The notes under the pieces are model-generated. The model had not been told where the DNA came from. It made no database searches and worked only from the letters and a program-made list of their open reading frames with translations. DNA of 63,849 nt, counting the filler, from Octopus bimaculoides (taxonomy: Eukaryota), in the NCBI RefSeq assembly GCF_001194135.2. It is 7 parts of 6 records of this genome, joined end to end, with 100 filler letters (N's around TTAATTAATTAA, not from the genome) between each part and the next. Parts side by side here need not be neighbours in the genome. Positions count along the whole stretch, not along the records: positions 1 to 17,712 come from NC_068982.1; 6 more parts are not named here. One strand, given 5' to 3'. A program made the translations under genes and the position numbers. This document shows positions 1 through 12,349 of this stretch, piece by piece. Numbering within the stretch: position 1 is the first letter of the stretch; every line of letters starts with the position of its first letter.

Positions 1-128
1 ACTCACAAGGCTTTGGTCGGTCCGAGGCTATAGTAGAAGGTACTTACCCAAAGTGCCACGCAGTGGGACTGAACCCGGAACCATGTGGTTGGTAGGCAAG
101 CTACTTACCACACAGCCACTCCTGCGCC
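1..128 (-). mobile_element. tRNA-derived SINE family A, 5' part (cut by window edge)
   Basis: Reverse complement reads GGCGCAGGAGTGGCTGTGTGGTAAG...GGGTTCAGTCCC (A/B-box-like), then the TGGCAC(C/T)TTGGG(C/T)AAGT body shared with many copies in the window. Confidence 0.85.
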
Positions 129-620
129 TATAAACCACGCAGCCACTCCTGCGCTGTTGGTAATTCTGATTAGAAATTTCACTTGTTGATCAGTTGATTT
201 AACAACATGTCACTGCTCTCTTGTTTACTTAGTAGCCTGATGAACTGAGGGTTGCGTAACGTATTGCATAATCGTTAAAGTCTGTCATACCGGCCATGAT
301 GAAATACCACAAGGTATAGAAAATACGTATTCGCCTTTATATATTTATATATTTAATCCTTTATATTGAACACTCAATATTTCATATATTCAATAAGACA
401 TATTCCATATATTCAATAAGACATTCAATACTTTATCTCAATGTACCATCCATTTTTTATATTATATATTGTATATTCCATATTCTATATTCCACATTAA
501 TTTTACAAGAATATAAATAAAACATAAAAAACAGACAGAGTTGGAACTCTTTCAAATAAAATAATATATTCCTCTATACACAATCATACAAAACCCCCTT
601 TTTTTGTATTTATTTTTACT

Positions 621-699
<79 letters not shown>

Positions 700-703
<4 letters not shown>

Positions 704-805
704 GGGACTATAGTTGAAGATACTTGCCCAAGGTGCCATGCAGTGGAACTGAACTCGAAACGATGATGTTGGGAAGCAAATAGCTTAACCACACACCCAC
801 GGCTA
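700..805 (-). mobile_element. SINE family A head, diverged
   Basis: Same head/body as the 1-128 copy (CCCAAGGTGCCA, GAACTGAACTC), next to (TA)n(GA)n. Confidence 0.7.
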
Positions 806-1672
806 CGACTAAATCTAAAGTTATATATCAAAAATAAACTATGTCTATACTCGTAGCTGCCATGATCTTTAAACGTAAGCCCTTCCTAACAGATCTCATT
901 ATGTGGCCATTCATATTTTGCGAACTGAATTACCCATCATAACTTTGAAGACCACACTCTGCAGATGAGAATCTCTTTTAATACCTATATAACTTCAAAC
1001 CTTAGCTCCATCATACCATCTAGCTTTATATGTGTGTAGGATGTGGCGGTGTGTTTCGCTATAAATTCACTATAAATCACCTCGAAATATAATACAATGT
1101 TGAGTAATTACATTATATTAATACAGTCTCCGGGGTAAATATAATTGCTACTTAAAGTTTCACTATATGAATGGCATAATAATACCTAATAATTATTACA
1201 CAATATAAGATTTTCCTTGCAGGAATCATTCCTGAATATTATGTCATTCATCTTATGAAACTTTAAGTAGCAAAATAAATCAATACCCTAAAACGTGTTA
1301 ATACATTTTATGTGTGTACGTACTCATACACGTATTTACATGCAATTATGAATATATCGTATATATTTCAATCATGCGTGTATGTATGTAGATGTATATG
1401 TGTTTGTGTGCGTATATACATATATGTGCGAGTGTGTGAGTGAGCCTATGTGTGTGAGAGTATGTGTGTGTGTGTGTAATGTACATATATGAATATATTT
1501 GAATAAGTGTATATGTATATGTGCGTATATGTATATGTTGCATATGTATGAATGCATATATCTGTCTATGTACATACGTTTATTTCTTTATTCATATATT
1601 TGCCTATGCATTATACATACATACAAACTCCTACAAACACACACTCACACACATATGTATGCATGTATATGC

Positions 1673-1730
<58 letters not shown>

Positions 1731-2577
1731 NNNNNNNNNNNNNNNNNNNNNNNNNNNNNNNNNNNNNNNNNNNNNNNNNNNNNNNNNNNNNNNNNNNNNN
1801 NNNNNNNNNNNNNNNNNNNNNNNNNNNNNNNNNNNNNNNNNNNNNNNNNNNNNNNNNNNNNNNNNNNNNNNNNNNNNNNNNNNNNNNNNNNNNNNNNNNN
1901 NNNNNNNNNNNNNNNNNNNNNNNNNNNNNNNNNNNNNNNNNNNNNNNNNNNNNNNNNNNNNNNNNNNNNNNNNNNNNNNNNNNNNNNNNNNNNNNNNNNN
2001 NNNNNNNNNNNNNNNNNNNNNNNNNNNNNNNNNNNNNNNNNNNNNNNNNNNNNNNNNNNNNNNNNNNNNNNNNNNNNNNNNNNNNNNNNNNNNNNNNNNN
2101 NNNNNNNNNNNNNNNNNNNNNNNNNNNNNNNNNNNNNNNNNNNNNNNNNNNNNNNNNNNNNNNNNNNNNNNNNNNNNNNNNNNNNNNNNNNNNNNNNNNN
2201 NNNNNNNNNNNNNNNNNNNNNNNNNNNNNNNNNNNNNNNNNNNNNNNNNNNNNNNNNNNNNNNNNNNNNNNNNNNNNNNNNNNNNNNNNNNNNNNNNNNN
2301 NNNNNNNNNNNNNNNNNNNNNNNNNNNNNNNNNNNNNNNNNNNNNNNNNNNNNNNNNNNNNNNNNNNNNNNNNNNNNNNNNNNNNNNNNNNNNNNNNNNN
2401 NNNNNNNNNNNNNNNNNNNNNNNNNNNNNNNNNNNNNNNNNNNNNNNNNNNNNNNNNNNNNNNNNNNNNNNNNNNNNNNNNNNNNNNNNNNNNNNNNNNN
2501 NNNNNNNNNNNNNNNNNNNNNNNNNNNNNNNNNNNNNNNNNNNNNNNNNNNNNNNNNNNNNNNNNNNNNNNNNNNNN

Positions 2578-2633
<56 letters not shown>

Positions 2634-2691
2634 CACATATATATATATATACATATATATAAACATATACATATATATATATATATATATC

Positions 2692-2739
<48 letters not shown>

Positions 2740-3439
2740 AGTGTGTGTATATGTACGTACGTATGTATGTGTATATGTATCACTCTCTCTTTATGTTTCT
2801 CTGCCTCTGTTACTTGCTTTCTTTGTCTCTGTCTTTTACATGTGCAGACACACATTTGCACACGTTCTTGCGAATAAACACACACACACACACATATGTG
2901 TGTGTGCATGCATGTATATATATATATATATATATATATATCTTTATGTATTAACATACAAACAAGCATATGCATGCATAAACACATCCGTGCATACATA
3001 CACAAACACATACTTGCGTTCATACATACATACATACATGCACACATACACACACACACGCATACGTATCCGCCTATGTGCATCATCCATACAACGTTAC
3101 ACTCATACAAACTTACATACACACATAAATTCATACACCCACACAAACACATAAATACACATAAACACATGTACCTACATAAATACATGTAAAGACGTAT
3201 ACACATATATATATATATACACACACATATACATGCACACATACATGCACACAAAAACATATATACGCTTAAACACATGCGCTCATACATACATACATAC
3301 ACATACATATACATATACATACATATTTACACACATATACACATATACATAGGGACAGACACACAGACACAGACGCAAACGGGCATAACAGATGCACAAA
3401 GACACACACGCACGCACACACACAGACACGCGCGCAGGA

Positions 3440-3477
<38 letters not shown>

Positions 3478-3584
3478 ACACAAANNNNNNNNNNNNNNNN
3501 NNNNNNNNNNNNNNNNNNNNNNNNNNNNNNNNNNNNNNNNNNNNNNNNNNNNNNNNNNNNNNNNNNNNNNNNNNNNNNNNNNNN

Positions 3585-3624
<40 letters not shown>

Positions 3625-3971
3625 ATATGTGCGTATATGTATGTATATATATGAGGACGTAGGCAATTCAGCATTTACATTGATGTTTTTGTATGAGTAT
3701 ATAAATATTGCCATACATGGATGCACAACTACATGCACGCTCGTGCACATACACAGAATGCACACACACATACACACACACATAATCATATTACATAATG
3801 CACGCACATACACATATAAATATACACACAACACACACAACACTCACATTATATCTATAAATATATATGGAGATGTGTATATGTATATATGAGTATGTAT
3901 ATGTATGATAATACATCATACATATGCTCTTGTATATATGTATCAGTGAATTTCTATGCGTATTTAGGTGT

Positions 3972-4130
3972 TATTGGCGTGGATGTGTGGTAAGAAGTTT
4001 GCTTCCCGATCACATGGTTTCAGATTCAATCCCACAACGTGACACCTTGGGCTAGTGTCTGCTACTATAGTCTGGAGCCGAACAAATCCTTGTGAGTGGA
4101 TTTGGCAGACAGAAATTGAAAGAAGCTCAT
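3972..4130 (+). mobile_element. SINE family A head
   Basis: GGCGTGGATGTGTGGTAAGAAG...CACCTTGGGCTAGTGTC...GAAAGAAGC followed by (TG)n and a gap. Confidence 0.8.
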
Positions 4131-4161
4131 GTTTTGCATGTGTGTGCATGTGTGGTGTGTG

Positions 4162-4203
<42 letters not shown>

Positions 4204-4829
4204 NNNNNNNNNNNNNNNNNNNNNNNNNNNNNNNNNNNNNNNNNNNNNNNNNNNNNNNNNNNNNNNNNNNNNNNNNNNNNNNNNNNNNNNNNNNNNNNNN
4301 NNNNNNNNNNNNNNNNNNNNNNNNNNNNNNNNNNNNNNNNNNNNNNNNNNNNNNNNNNNNNNNNNNNNNNNNNNNNNNNNNNNNNNNNNNNNNNNNNNNN
4401 NNNNNNNNNNNNNNNNNNNNNNNNNNNNNNNNNNNNNNNNNNNNNNNNNNNNNNNNNNNNNNNNNNNNNNNNNNNNNNNNNNNNNNNNNNNNNNNNNNNN
4501 NNNNNNNNNNNNNNNNNNNNNNNNNNNNNNNNNNNNNNNNNNNNNNNNNNNNNNNNNNNNNNNNNNNNNNNNNNNNNNNNNNNNNNNNNNNNNNNNNNNN
4601 NNNNNNNNNNNNNNNNNNNNNNNNNNNNNNNNNNNNNNNNNNNNNNNNNNNNNNNNNNNNNNNNNNNNNNNNNNNNNNNNNNNNNNNNNNNNNNNNNNNN
4701 NNNNNNNNNNNNNNNNNNNNNNNNNNNNNNNNNNNNNNNNNNNNNNNNNNNNNNNNNNNNNNNNNNNNNNNNNNNNNNNNNNNNNNNNNNNNNNNNNNNN
4801 NNNNNNNNNNNNNNNNNNNNNNNNNNNNN

Positions 4830-4878
<49 letters not shown>

Positions 4879-5401
4879 TATATATAAAGAGGAAAACAAT
4901 TAGTTTCAAATCTCTGAGCGAGAAGTAAGTAGTAGCAGTACTACAGAGTAAAGTCTATTTGCTCACGTGAATTAGCAGTCCTGATTACGATGGTATTACT
5001 ACCTTTTTTAGCCCCAAGGAAACATCTTTTTCAGCTGGCTTCCGACGCACTACTGCGTCCTTATACCCCGAACAAGGGAACTAATGTCCCCACTCAGGCT
5101 TAAACAGTACCTGCAACTTTAGCCCTGAAGAGATCTCTACCTTTTAAATTCATAATACAATTATTAATTGTAAAATGAATGAACGTAGATATTGAAACGA
5201 TCGTAGGCCTTATGTGATCGACAGTTAGGTAATTAAATAAATTTTGTGGTATTCAAGCTCCCTATTTTCTTTATATTATACTACTGAAATTATGTTCGCA
5301 TATATCGAATCAGATGAAAACATCTATACGAACTACTGGAACTCTATAATGTGTATAGTACCAGTGTGTAATAATTACTAATACTAACTCAGAGAAATAA
5401 A

Positions 5402-5718
5402 TTCCAGTAAATTCACCGATATATGGATAAACAGGGGACGCTTGGATGTAAGACATCCCTGAAAAGAATTATCTCTTTCAATGCATCAATGCACCGCAGG
5501 GAAAGTTCACCACCATTAATTCACCGCAAGGAAAGTTCACCGTGAAGAAAGTTTACAGAGAAAAATATATCCATAGTATCTCACCATTAATAGTTAAAAA
5601 CTATTTTATTGAGAACCCCACCACCAAGAAAAACGGTGATGATGTTGAACTTTCCCTGCGGTGAATTGATGACAGTAAACTTTCCTTGAAGTGAATTGAT
5701 GACAATGAACTTACTGGA
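5402..5718. mobile_element. MITE-like fold-back element with ~30-bp subterminal repeats
   Basis: TCCAGTAAATTCA at 5403 is inverted to TGAACTTACTGGA near 5706-5718; a CATCAATTCACCGCAGGGAAAGTTCA-like unit occurs twice in each arm in opposite orientation. Confidence 0.55.
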
Positions 5719-5899
5719 CATGCATCCAGTGTACTTATCTCCTTACTGCTAATGTCTGCACTGAACTAACATCTTATTTACAAGAGTATTTTTGTTTTCT
5801 TGAACCCTCGGACACATAAGGCATGGTTTCCATGGCGTATAAGTGACTGAGGGCACACCATTCCCTCTGAATGAGACACTGGTCCGTTACAGAGTTTAA

Positions 5900-6090
5900 G
5901 GCCAGCAATTTGGGGGAGAAGCCGATTACATCAACTCCAGTTCTTGATTAGTACTTATTTTGTCTACTCCGAAGGGATGAAAGGTAAAGTCGTCTTCGGC
6001 GGGATTTGAACTCGGGAACGTAAAGAACCGGAGGAAATGCCGCTAAGCATTTTGTCCGACGTGCAAACGATTCTGCCAGCTCGCCGCCTA
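5900..6090 (-). mobile_element. SINE family E (GGCGAGCTGGCAGAATCGTT head; CCTTTCATCCTTTCGGGGTCGATAAA central motif)
   Basis: Reverse-complement match to head and central motif seen in more than a dozen copies in the window. Confidence 0.8.
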
Positions 6091-6782
6091 TTTACAAAAG
6101 TTAGCCGGAAGTATTTCGTCATATTTAAGTAATAATCCTAACAACCTAAATGAATATGAGGTATTTCCAAAATTTAATAATACCGATTTTCGAAAAAAAA
6201 AAATCCTTCCTATTAGCTGCACAAGATAGCTTTGCCTTGAACAAATGGCGAAAAGAATTTTAGAATAATATTTATATCTGCCGCCTTAGAAGATGGTATT
6301 GCTATGGCTTTAACAATTTTTGAAGCATTATAAAATCTTGTGTAAAAAAAAAAATCTATATGGCTTTCTTCGCTAATATTTTAGCTGGAATTAATATGGA
6401 ATTAATAAGTTTAATTTGGAATTTCAAGCAGAAAACATTTTGATTCTATAAATTCTGGAATTCTATTAATAGATTAAAAGGGATTCTCAATAATTTCATC
6501 AAAGAAGAAATATTTCGAAACTTCACGATACAGATAGAATTAATGTTAATGGATTCTTCTCCGGTGCCACTGAAGAAGCATTTTTCTAGAAAATACAACA
6601 AAAATATCTCAAAAAGAACTCCAAGAATTTCAAGTAAATATTTTTAGAATTCAATGTTTTCCTTACAAAGTAGATACTTGAAAACTTTTTATCGTGTGAA
6701 CTATTTGTAAAGTTAGAACTCATTGAGGTGTTGGACCCAGCCAATACCAAAAACGGAAGGCCATAAATAATTATTGCAGTAC

Positions 6783-6960
6783 ATAGACGTGGCTATGTGG
6801 TAAGAAGCTTGCTTCCCAACCACATAGTTCCGGGTTCAGTCCCACTGCGTGGCACCTTGGGCAAGTGTCTTTTACTATAGCCTCGGGCCGACCAAAGCCT
6901 TGTGAGTAGATTTGGTAGATGGAAACTGAAAGAAGCCCGTCGTATATATATGTGTATATA

Positions 6961-6993
<33 letters not shown>

Positions 6994-7426
6994 TTATGTT
7001 TGTGTCTTTGTGCCTGTGTTTGTACTCCGCCATCCATCGTTTGACAATCAACGTTAGTGTTTACTACTGAAATTATGTTCGCATATATCGAATCAGATGA
7101 AAACATCTATACGAACTACTGGAACTCTATAATGTGTATAGTACCAGTGTGTAATAATTACTAATACTAACTCAGAGAAATAAATTCCAGTAAATTCACC
7201 GATATATGGATAAACAGGGGACGCTTGGATGTAAGACATCCCTGAAAAGAATTATCTCTTTCAATGCATCAATGCACCGTAACTTAGTAATTCAGCAAAA
7301 AAGTGACCGACAGAATAAGTACTAGGCTTACAAAGAATAGGTCCTAGGGTAGATTTCTTCGACTAAAAGTCCTCTAAGGTAGTGCTCCAGCATGGCCACA
7401 GTCAAATGATTGAAACAAGTAAAAAT
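6783..7426 (+). mobile_element. Near-complete SINE family A carrying a 218-bp insertion
   Basis: Head, internal (TA)(TG) microsatellite and 3' tail (CCAGCATGGCCACAGTCAAATGATTGAAAC) present; interrupted at 7062-7279. Confidence 0.9.
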
Positions 7427-7545
7427 AATACAGATGCAACACTGATTTTCGGGACACTGATGATCCGGAACTTCTTATAATCCGCGCTAACCTACATTTG
7501 TACAAGCACTGGTATTTCATTTAATTACTTCAGTAAGTTTAGATA

Positions 7546-7864
7546 GGCACAGGCGTGGCTGTGTGGTAAAAATTTTGCTTCCCAACCACATAGTTCCGGG
7601 TTCAGTCCCACTGCGTGATACTTTGGGCTGGTGTCTTCTACTATAACTCCAGGCTGACCAAAGCCTTGTGAGTGAATTTGGTAAACGGAAACTGAAAGAA
7701 GTCCGTCGTATATATATATTTCTGTGTTCCTTTCCATCGAAGAGCGCAGGCTTGAAACGTAAAAGACTTTCTCACTTCCTGAGCGTTAAACTGATACATC
7801 TGTTTGTTGCTTACACACCAGTCTTCGTCTTTTGTTTGTTTTTTGTGTAAATTTTCACTATATA

Positions 7865-7914
<50 letters not shown>

Positions 7915-7963
7915 TGTGCATGTGTGTGTGTGTGAGAGAGAGAGATAGAGGGAGAGAGAGTGT

Positions 7964-8038
<75 letters not shown>

Positions 8039-8305
8039 TGTGTGTGTGTGTGTGTGTTTGTGTGTGTATGTGTGTGTGCTTGTGCCTCTGCGTGTTGTCT
8101 ACCACCGTTTGACAACCACATGGTTTCAAGTTCTGTCTCACTGTTTTTATGTTCCCGTAACTTAGCGGTTCCGCAAAAGTGACTGATAGAATAAGTACCA
8201 GAATTTAAAACCAAATACTGTGGTCGATTCGTTCGGCTAAAATTCATCAAAGTTGTGCCCCAGCATGGCCGTAGTCTAATAACTGAAACCTGTAAAAGAT
8301 AAAAT
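7546..8305 (+). mobile_element. SINE family A with a nested Penelope-like terminal fragment (about 7720-7860) in its microsatellite
   Basis: Head 7546-7710, tail 8060-8305; the insert is homologous to the reverse complement of 39895-40010. Confidence 0.75.
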
Positions 8306-8503
8306 ATTTGTTCAATTTAGAGAGTGCTAGCCAAGGTGACCACCCCACCCTACTTCGGAAAAACCGGAAACCCGGAAAGACTTTGGAATGAAGGATTCCT
8401 GAAAATCGATGTTATACCTGTACTTATGAAATTTTCCGATCTATTTATTGATGACATTATGACCGAATAAATAATGGTTGGGGTCGGGGTGGGGAGAAGT
8501 TGT

Positions 8504-8842
8504 GAAGACGCATGGGCTCAGTGGTTAGAGTGTCGGGTTCACAAACATGAGGTAGTGAATTCGATTCCCAAATCGGGCTGTGTTGTGTTCTTGAGCAAGA
8601 CACTTTATTTCACGTTGCTCCAGTTCACTCAGCTGTAGAAACGCGTTGCGATATCACTGGTGCCAAGCTGTATCGGCCTTTACCTTTCCCTTGGGTAACA
8701 TCGGTAGCGAGAAAAGGGGAGGTTGGTATGCATGGGCAACTTCTTGTCTTCCATAAACAACCTTGCCCGGACTTGTGCCTCGGAGGAGAACTTTCTAGGT
8801 GCAATCCTTTGGTTATTCATGACCGAAGTGGGGATTTACCCT
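8504..8842 (+). mobile_element. tRNA-derived SINE family D
   Basis: GGCTCAGTGGTTAGAG A-box, GAATTCGATTCCC B-box, GTGTTCTTGAGCAAGACAC body; homologous copies at 34872-35212 and 54670-55011. Confidence 0.85.
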
Positions 8843-8859
8843 GGCTTAGTAAATCATCC

Positions 8860-9047
8860 TCCTATTGTTGGAAAGGTGGGGGAGAGGTAAGTCGATTACA
8901 TCGACCCACTGTTCAGCTGATACTTATATTATCGACCTCTAAAGGATGAATGGCAGAGTCGACTTCGGCAGAATATGAATTCAGAACATAAAGACGGACG
9001 AAATGCCACTAAGAATTTTATCCGGCATGCTAACGATTTGCCAGCTC
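8860..9047 (-). mobile_element. SINE family E
   Basis: Central motif and head on the minus strand; head runs into a gap. Confidence 0.8.
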
Positions 9048-9754
9048 NNNNNNNNNNNNNNNNNNNNNNNNNNNNNNNNNNNNNNNNNNNNNNNNNNNNN
9101 NNNNNNNNNNNNNNNNNNNNNNNNNNNNNNNNNNNNNNNNNNNNNNNNNNNNNNNNNNNNNNNNNNNNNNNNNNNNNNNNNNNNNNNNNNNNNNNNNNNN
9201 NNNNNNNNNNNNNNNNNNNNNNNNNNNNNNNNNNNNNNNNNNNNNNNNNNNNNNNNNNNNNNNNNNNNNNNNNNNNNNNNNNNNNNNNNNNNNNNNNNNN
9301 NNNNNNNNNNNNNNNNNNNNNNNNNNNNNNNNNNNNNNNNNNNNNNNNNNNNNNNNNNNNNNNNNNNNNNNNNNNNNNNNNNNNNNNNNNNNNNNNNNNN
9401 NNNNNNNNNNNNNNNNNNNNNNNNNNNNNNNNNNNNNNNNNNNNNNNNNNNNNNNNNNNNNNNNNNNNNNNNNNNNNNNNNNNNNNNNNNNNNNNNNNNN
9501 NNNNNNNNNNNNNNNNNNNNNNNNNNNNNNNNNNNNNNNNNNNNNNNNNNNNNNNNNNNNNNNNNNNNNNNNNNNNNNNNNNNNNNNNNNNNNNNNNNNN
9601 NNNNNNNNNNNNNNNNNNNNNNNNNNNNNNNNNNNNNNNNNNNNNNNNNNNNNNNNNNNNNNNNNNNNNNNNNNNNNNNNNNNNNNNNNNNNNNNNNNNN
9701 NAAGAAGAAGAAGAAGAAGAAGAAGAAGAAGAAGAAGAAGAAGAAGAAGAAGAA

Positions 9755-9910
9755 TTCATGGACGACCTCAAACGTAATGGTAAAGATGAAGTTCAAATCT
9801 GTTTGGAACCGCACGAATACTCCGGAAGGTGCTTGAAAAATAAGAGGTGTTTAAGGAAGTGAACAGCTGACACTGTAGTACATCTCCAGCGTTAGAAGCT
9901 GTGCAAAGGC

Positions 9911-9911
<1 letters not shown>
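9755..9911 (+). mobile_element. R4/Dong-like non-LTR retrotransposon, lineage 2, internally deleted remnant
   Basis: FMDDLK RT motif fused to LFGTARILRKVLEK* C-terminus; 3' UTR shared with 14646-14925 and 31852-32243; ends in (AAT)n. Confidence 0.65.
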
Positions 9912-9963
<52 letters not shown>

Positions 9964-9969
9964 TAAAAT

Positions 9970-10523
9970 GTTCTGATGCAGTACCAGGCAGTGGGTCTCA
10001 TGGCTTCTGATCTTAACTAATTGGAAGTGCTATCATGTACATGTTTTGTGTTGATATAAAAGATGGGCTACAGGAAATTTTCTGCTCAATATCACAAATT
10101 TACTTGTCAGTTGTTTGATCTTAACCAGTTGAGCATATCTATTAGTTGCTGACACTATGTGCATATATGATCACGAGCAGAGGTAGTGGGGGAACATCAT
10201 AGCCGTGTATGGAGAAGAATTCTTTAGGGTTTGAATGATTCACTTCTGGAAACATAGGTGTTTCGTTCCTCATCCTTGAACAAATCTTATTCAAGGACCT
10301 TTTGAGCGGGATGGGCTACTCAACCAGACGAAAATTCTAACTGGGCCCGACCTGCATGGTCATGCGCGGTTTATCTTGATTTGAGATCACTATGTCGCGC
10401 ACATATGGTTGTGTTGCATGTGCCTGGTGTAGCCTTATCAGACGAGTAGTCATGGTGGTTTTATTGAGATTCGTATATTTGTAGCCCAGTGCCACTTTGA
10501 TGGCACGCGCTGATCTCTCACTC
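9970..10523 (+). repeat. Unclassified interspersed repeat family F
   Basis: Partial inverted copy at 19998-20228; flanked by (AAT)n on both sides; no ORF. Confidence 0.7.
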
Positions 10524-10547
10524 AATAATAATAAAAATAACAACAAT

Positions 10548-10764
10548 AATAATGGCTTGAAATTTTGCCACAAAGGCAGCCATTTTGGGGGAGGGGATGA
10601 GTCGATTACATCGACCTCAATGTTTCACTGGGACTTAATTTATCGACCCCGAAAGGATGAAAGGCAAAGTCGACCTCGATAGAATTTGAACTCAGGACGT
10701 TGCGGCAGACGAAATACCACTAAGCATTTCCCCGGGGTGCTAATGATTCTGCCAGCTCGCCTCC
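10548..10764 (-). mobile_element. SINE family E within (AAT)n
   Basis: Full head to tail; AAT tracts on both sides. Confidence 0.85.
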
Positions 10765-10766
10765 TT

Positions 10767-10844
<78 letters not shown>

Positions 10845-10914
10845 NNNNNNNNNNATTATTATTATTATTATTATTGTTGTTGTTGTTGTTGTTGTTGTTG
10901 TCGTCATCATCATA

Positions 10915-11802
10915 TATAAAACGTTCCATGAATAAATGGCAGACAGTGCTACAGCTCCAGACAAAAGTGGGACTCATAAAAATCAAAGTTATCCCCATTA
11001 GAAGAGGAATGTTCCAGGGAGACACGCTCTCTCCACTCCTTTTCCGCTTGGTACTGACACCTTTATCTGACATGCTAAGCAGAACCGGATGTGGATACAA
11101 CTGTTACGGCAAAACAATCAGCCACCACTTGTATATGGATGATCTAAAACTCTACCTATAAATGATAAACAGCTGGAAACACTACTACAGACAGTACATG
11201 GATTTACCAAAGAAATAAACATGAAATTTGGCTTAGAAAAATGTGCCAAAGCAACCTTGAAAAGAGGAAAACTAGTTAAGAGTAGCAACATCACATTAGA
11301 TAAAGCACATGAAATAAGAGAATTAGACTAAAGTCAGACATACAAATACATGGGAATCAATGAACTAGATACGATATAACGCACACAAATGAAAGAGAAG
11401 ATAAAAAAGGAATACTATAGACGAGTTAGATTAATATTGAAAACAGAGCTCAATGCGAAAAATAAGATAATAGGTATCAACTTTCTAGCCGTCCCAGTTA
11501 TAAGTTACAGCTACAATATTCTTAACTGGATTCTAAATGAACTAATCAGGCTATACTAATCAGGCTATATATTCAACGTATCGAAGGCCTCATACAGTTA
11601 GAAAACTATTACAAAGTAAGCAATATGGGACTACAGAAAGGAAGCATTTTTTTTTCTTGGTGTTCTCATACATCCCACGTAAAACACTTTCAATACAGTG
11701 AAAATAAGAGCATCACAACAAACCACAGCACATTACCAAGGCACACAAAGCTGCGCTCGGTAGTGCAGTGACAGCACGTGATAAAAATAAGTCTACTGGA
11801 TG

Positions 11803-11803
<1 letters not shown>
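10915..11803 (+). mobile_element. R4/Dong-like retrotransposon, lineage 1: RT fragment plus 3' end (pseudogene)
   Basis: RRGMFQGDTLSPLLF, HHLYMDDLKLY, MKFGLEKCAK, YKYMGINE and KEYYRRVRLILKTELNAKNKI motifs with frameshifts and stops; jumps to RKTLSIQ* and 3' UTR; ends in (AAT)n. Confidence 0.85.
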
Positions 11804-11864
<61 letters not shown>

Positions 11865-11865
<1 letters not shown>

Positions 11866-12225
11866 TTTCTAACATAGAAGGCTTGAAATTTAAGGGGAGG
11901 GGCTTAGGCGATACGACCGACTCCCTTATTTGACTAGTACTTATTTTTGTGGACTCAAGAGAGGTAAAAGACGAAGTCAACCTCGACGCGATTTGAACTC
12001 GGAACGTAACGAGCAGGAACAAATGCAGCAAAACTTTTTATCCGACTCTGTAACCGTTCTACCAATGCCCTATAATTTCTAATTAAGGCACAAGGGCAAG
12101 AATTTTGAAAGGTAGAGCTTAGATGATACCATCGACTCCAGTACTTGGCTGGTACTTTATTTTATCGACCCCGAAGGGTTGAAAAAGCAAAGTTGACTTT
12201 GGCTGGATTTGAACTGCAAAACTAC
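11865..12225 (-). mobile_element. Two tandem SINE family E copies
   Basis: Central motif occurs twice (about 11930-11990 and 12140-12210). Confidence 0.75.
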
Positions 12226-12349
12226 CTGATCACGAGTTGTAGTTGTTGTTACTGTTGTCACTATTATTGTTTCTGTTGTTAATCTCCATGTTGTTGTTGT
12301 TGTTGTTTCTGTCATTATTTTCACGGTTGTTTATGCGGTTGTTATTGTT

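Noticed and set aside
1499-4928. Long ORFs of 240-570 aa
   Set aside because: Made of N gaps (X) and YI/CV/TH dinucleotide-repeat translations; the same applies to ORFs near 8929-9862, 12652-13446, 55469-56078 and the X part of 58021-58936
6100-6770. Possible MULE-like transposase remnant
   Set aside because: Only vague motif resemblance amid many stops; not supportable by eye
10686-10964. Poly-Asn / poly-Ile / poly-Tyr ORFs
   Set aside because: Translations of (AAT)n microsatellites in different frames
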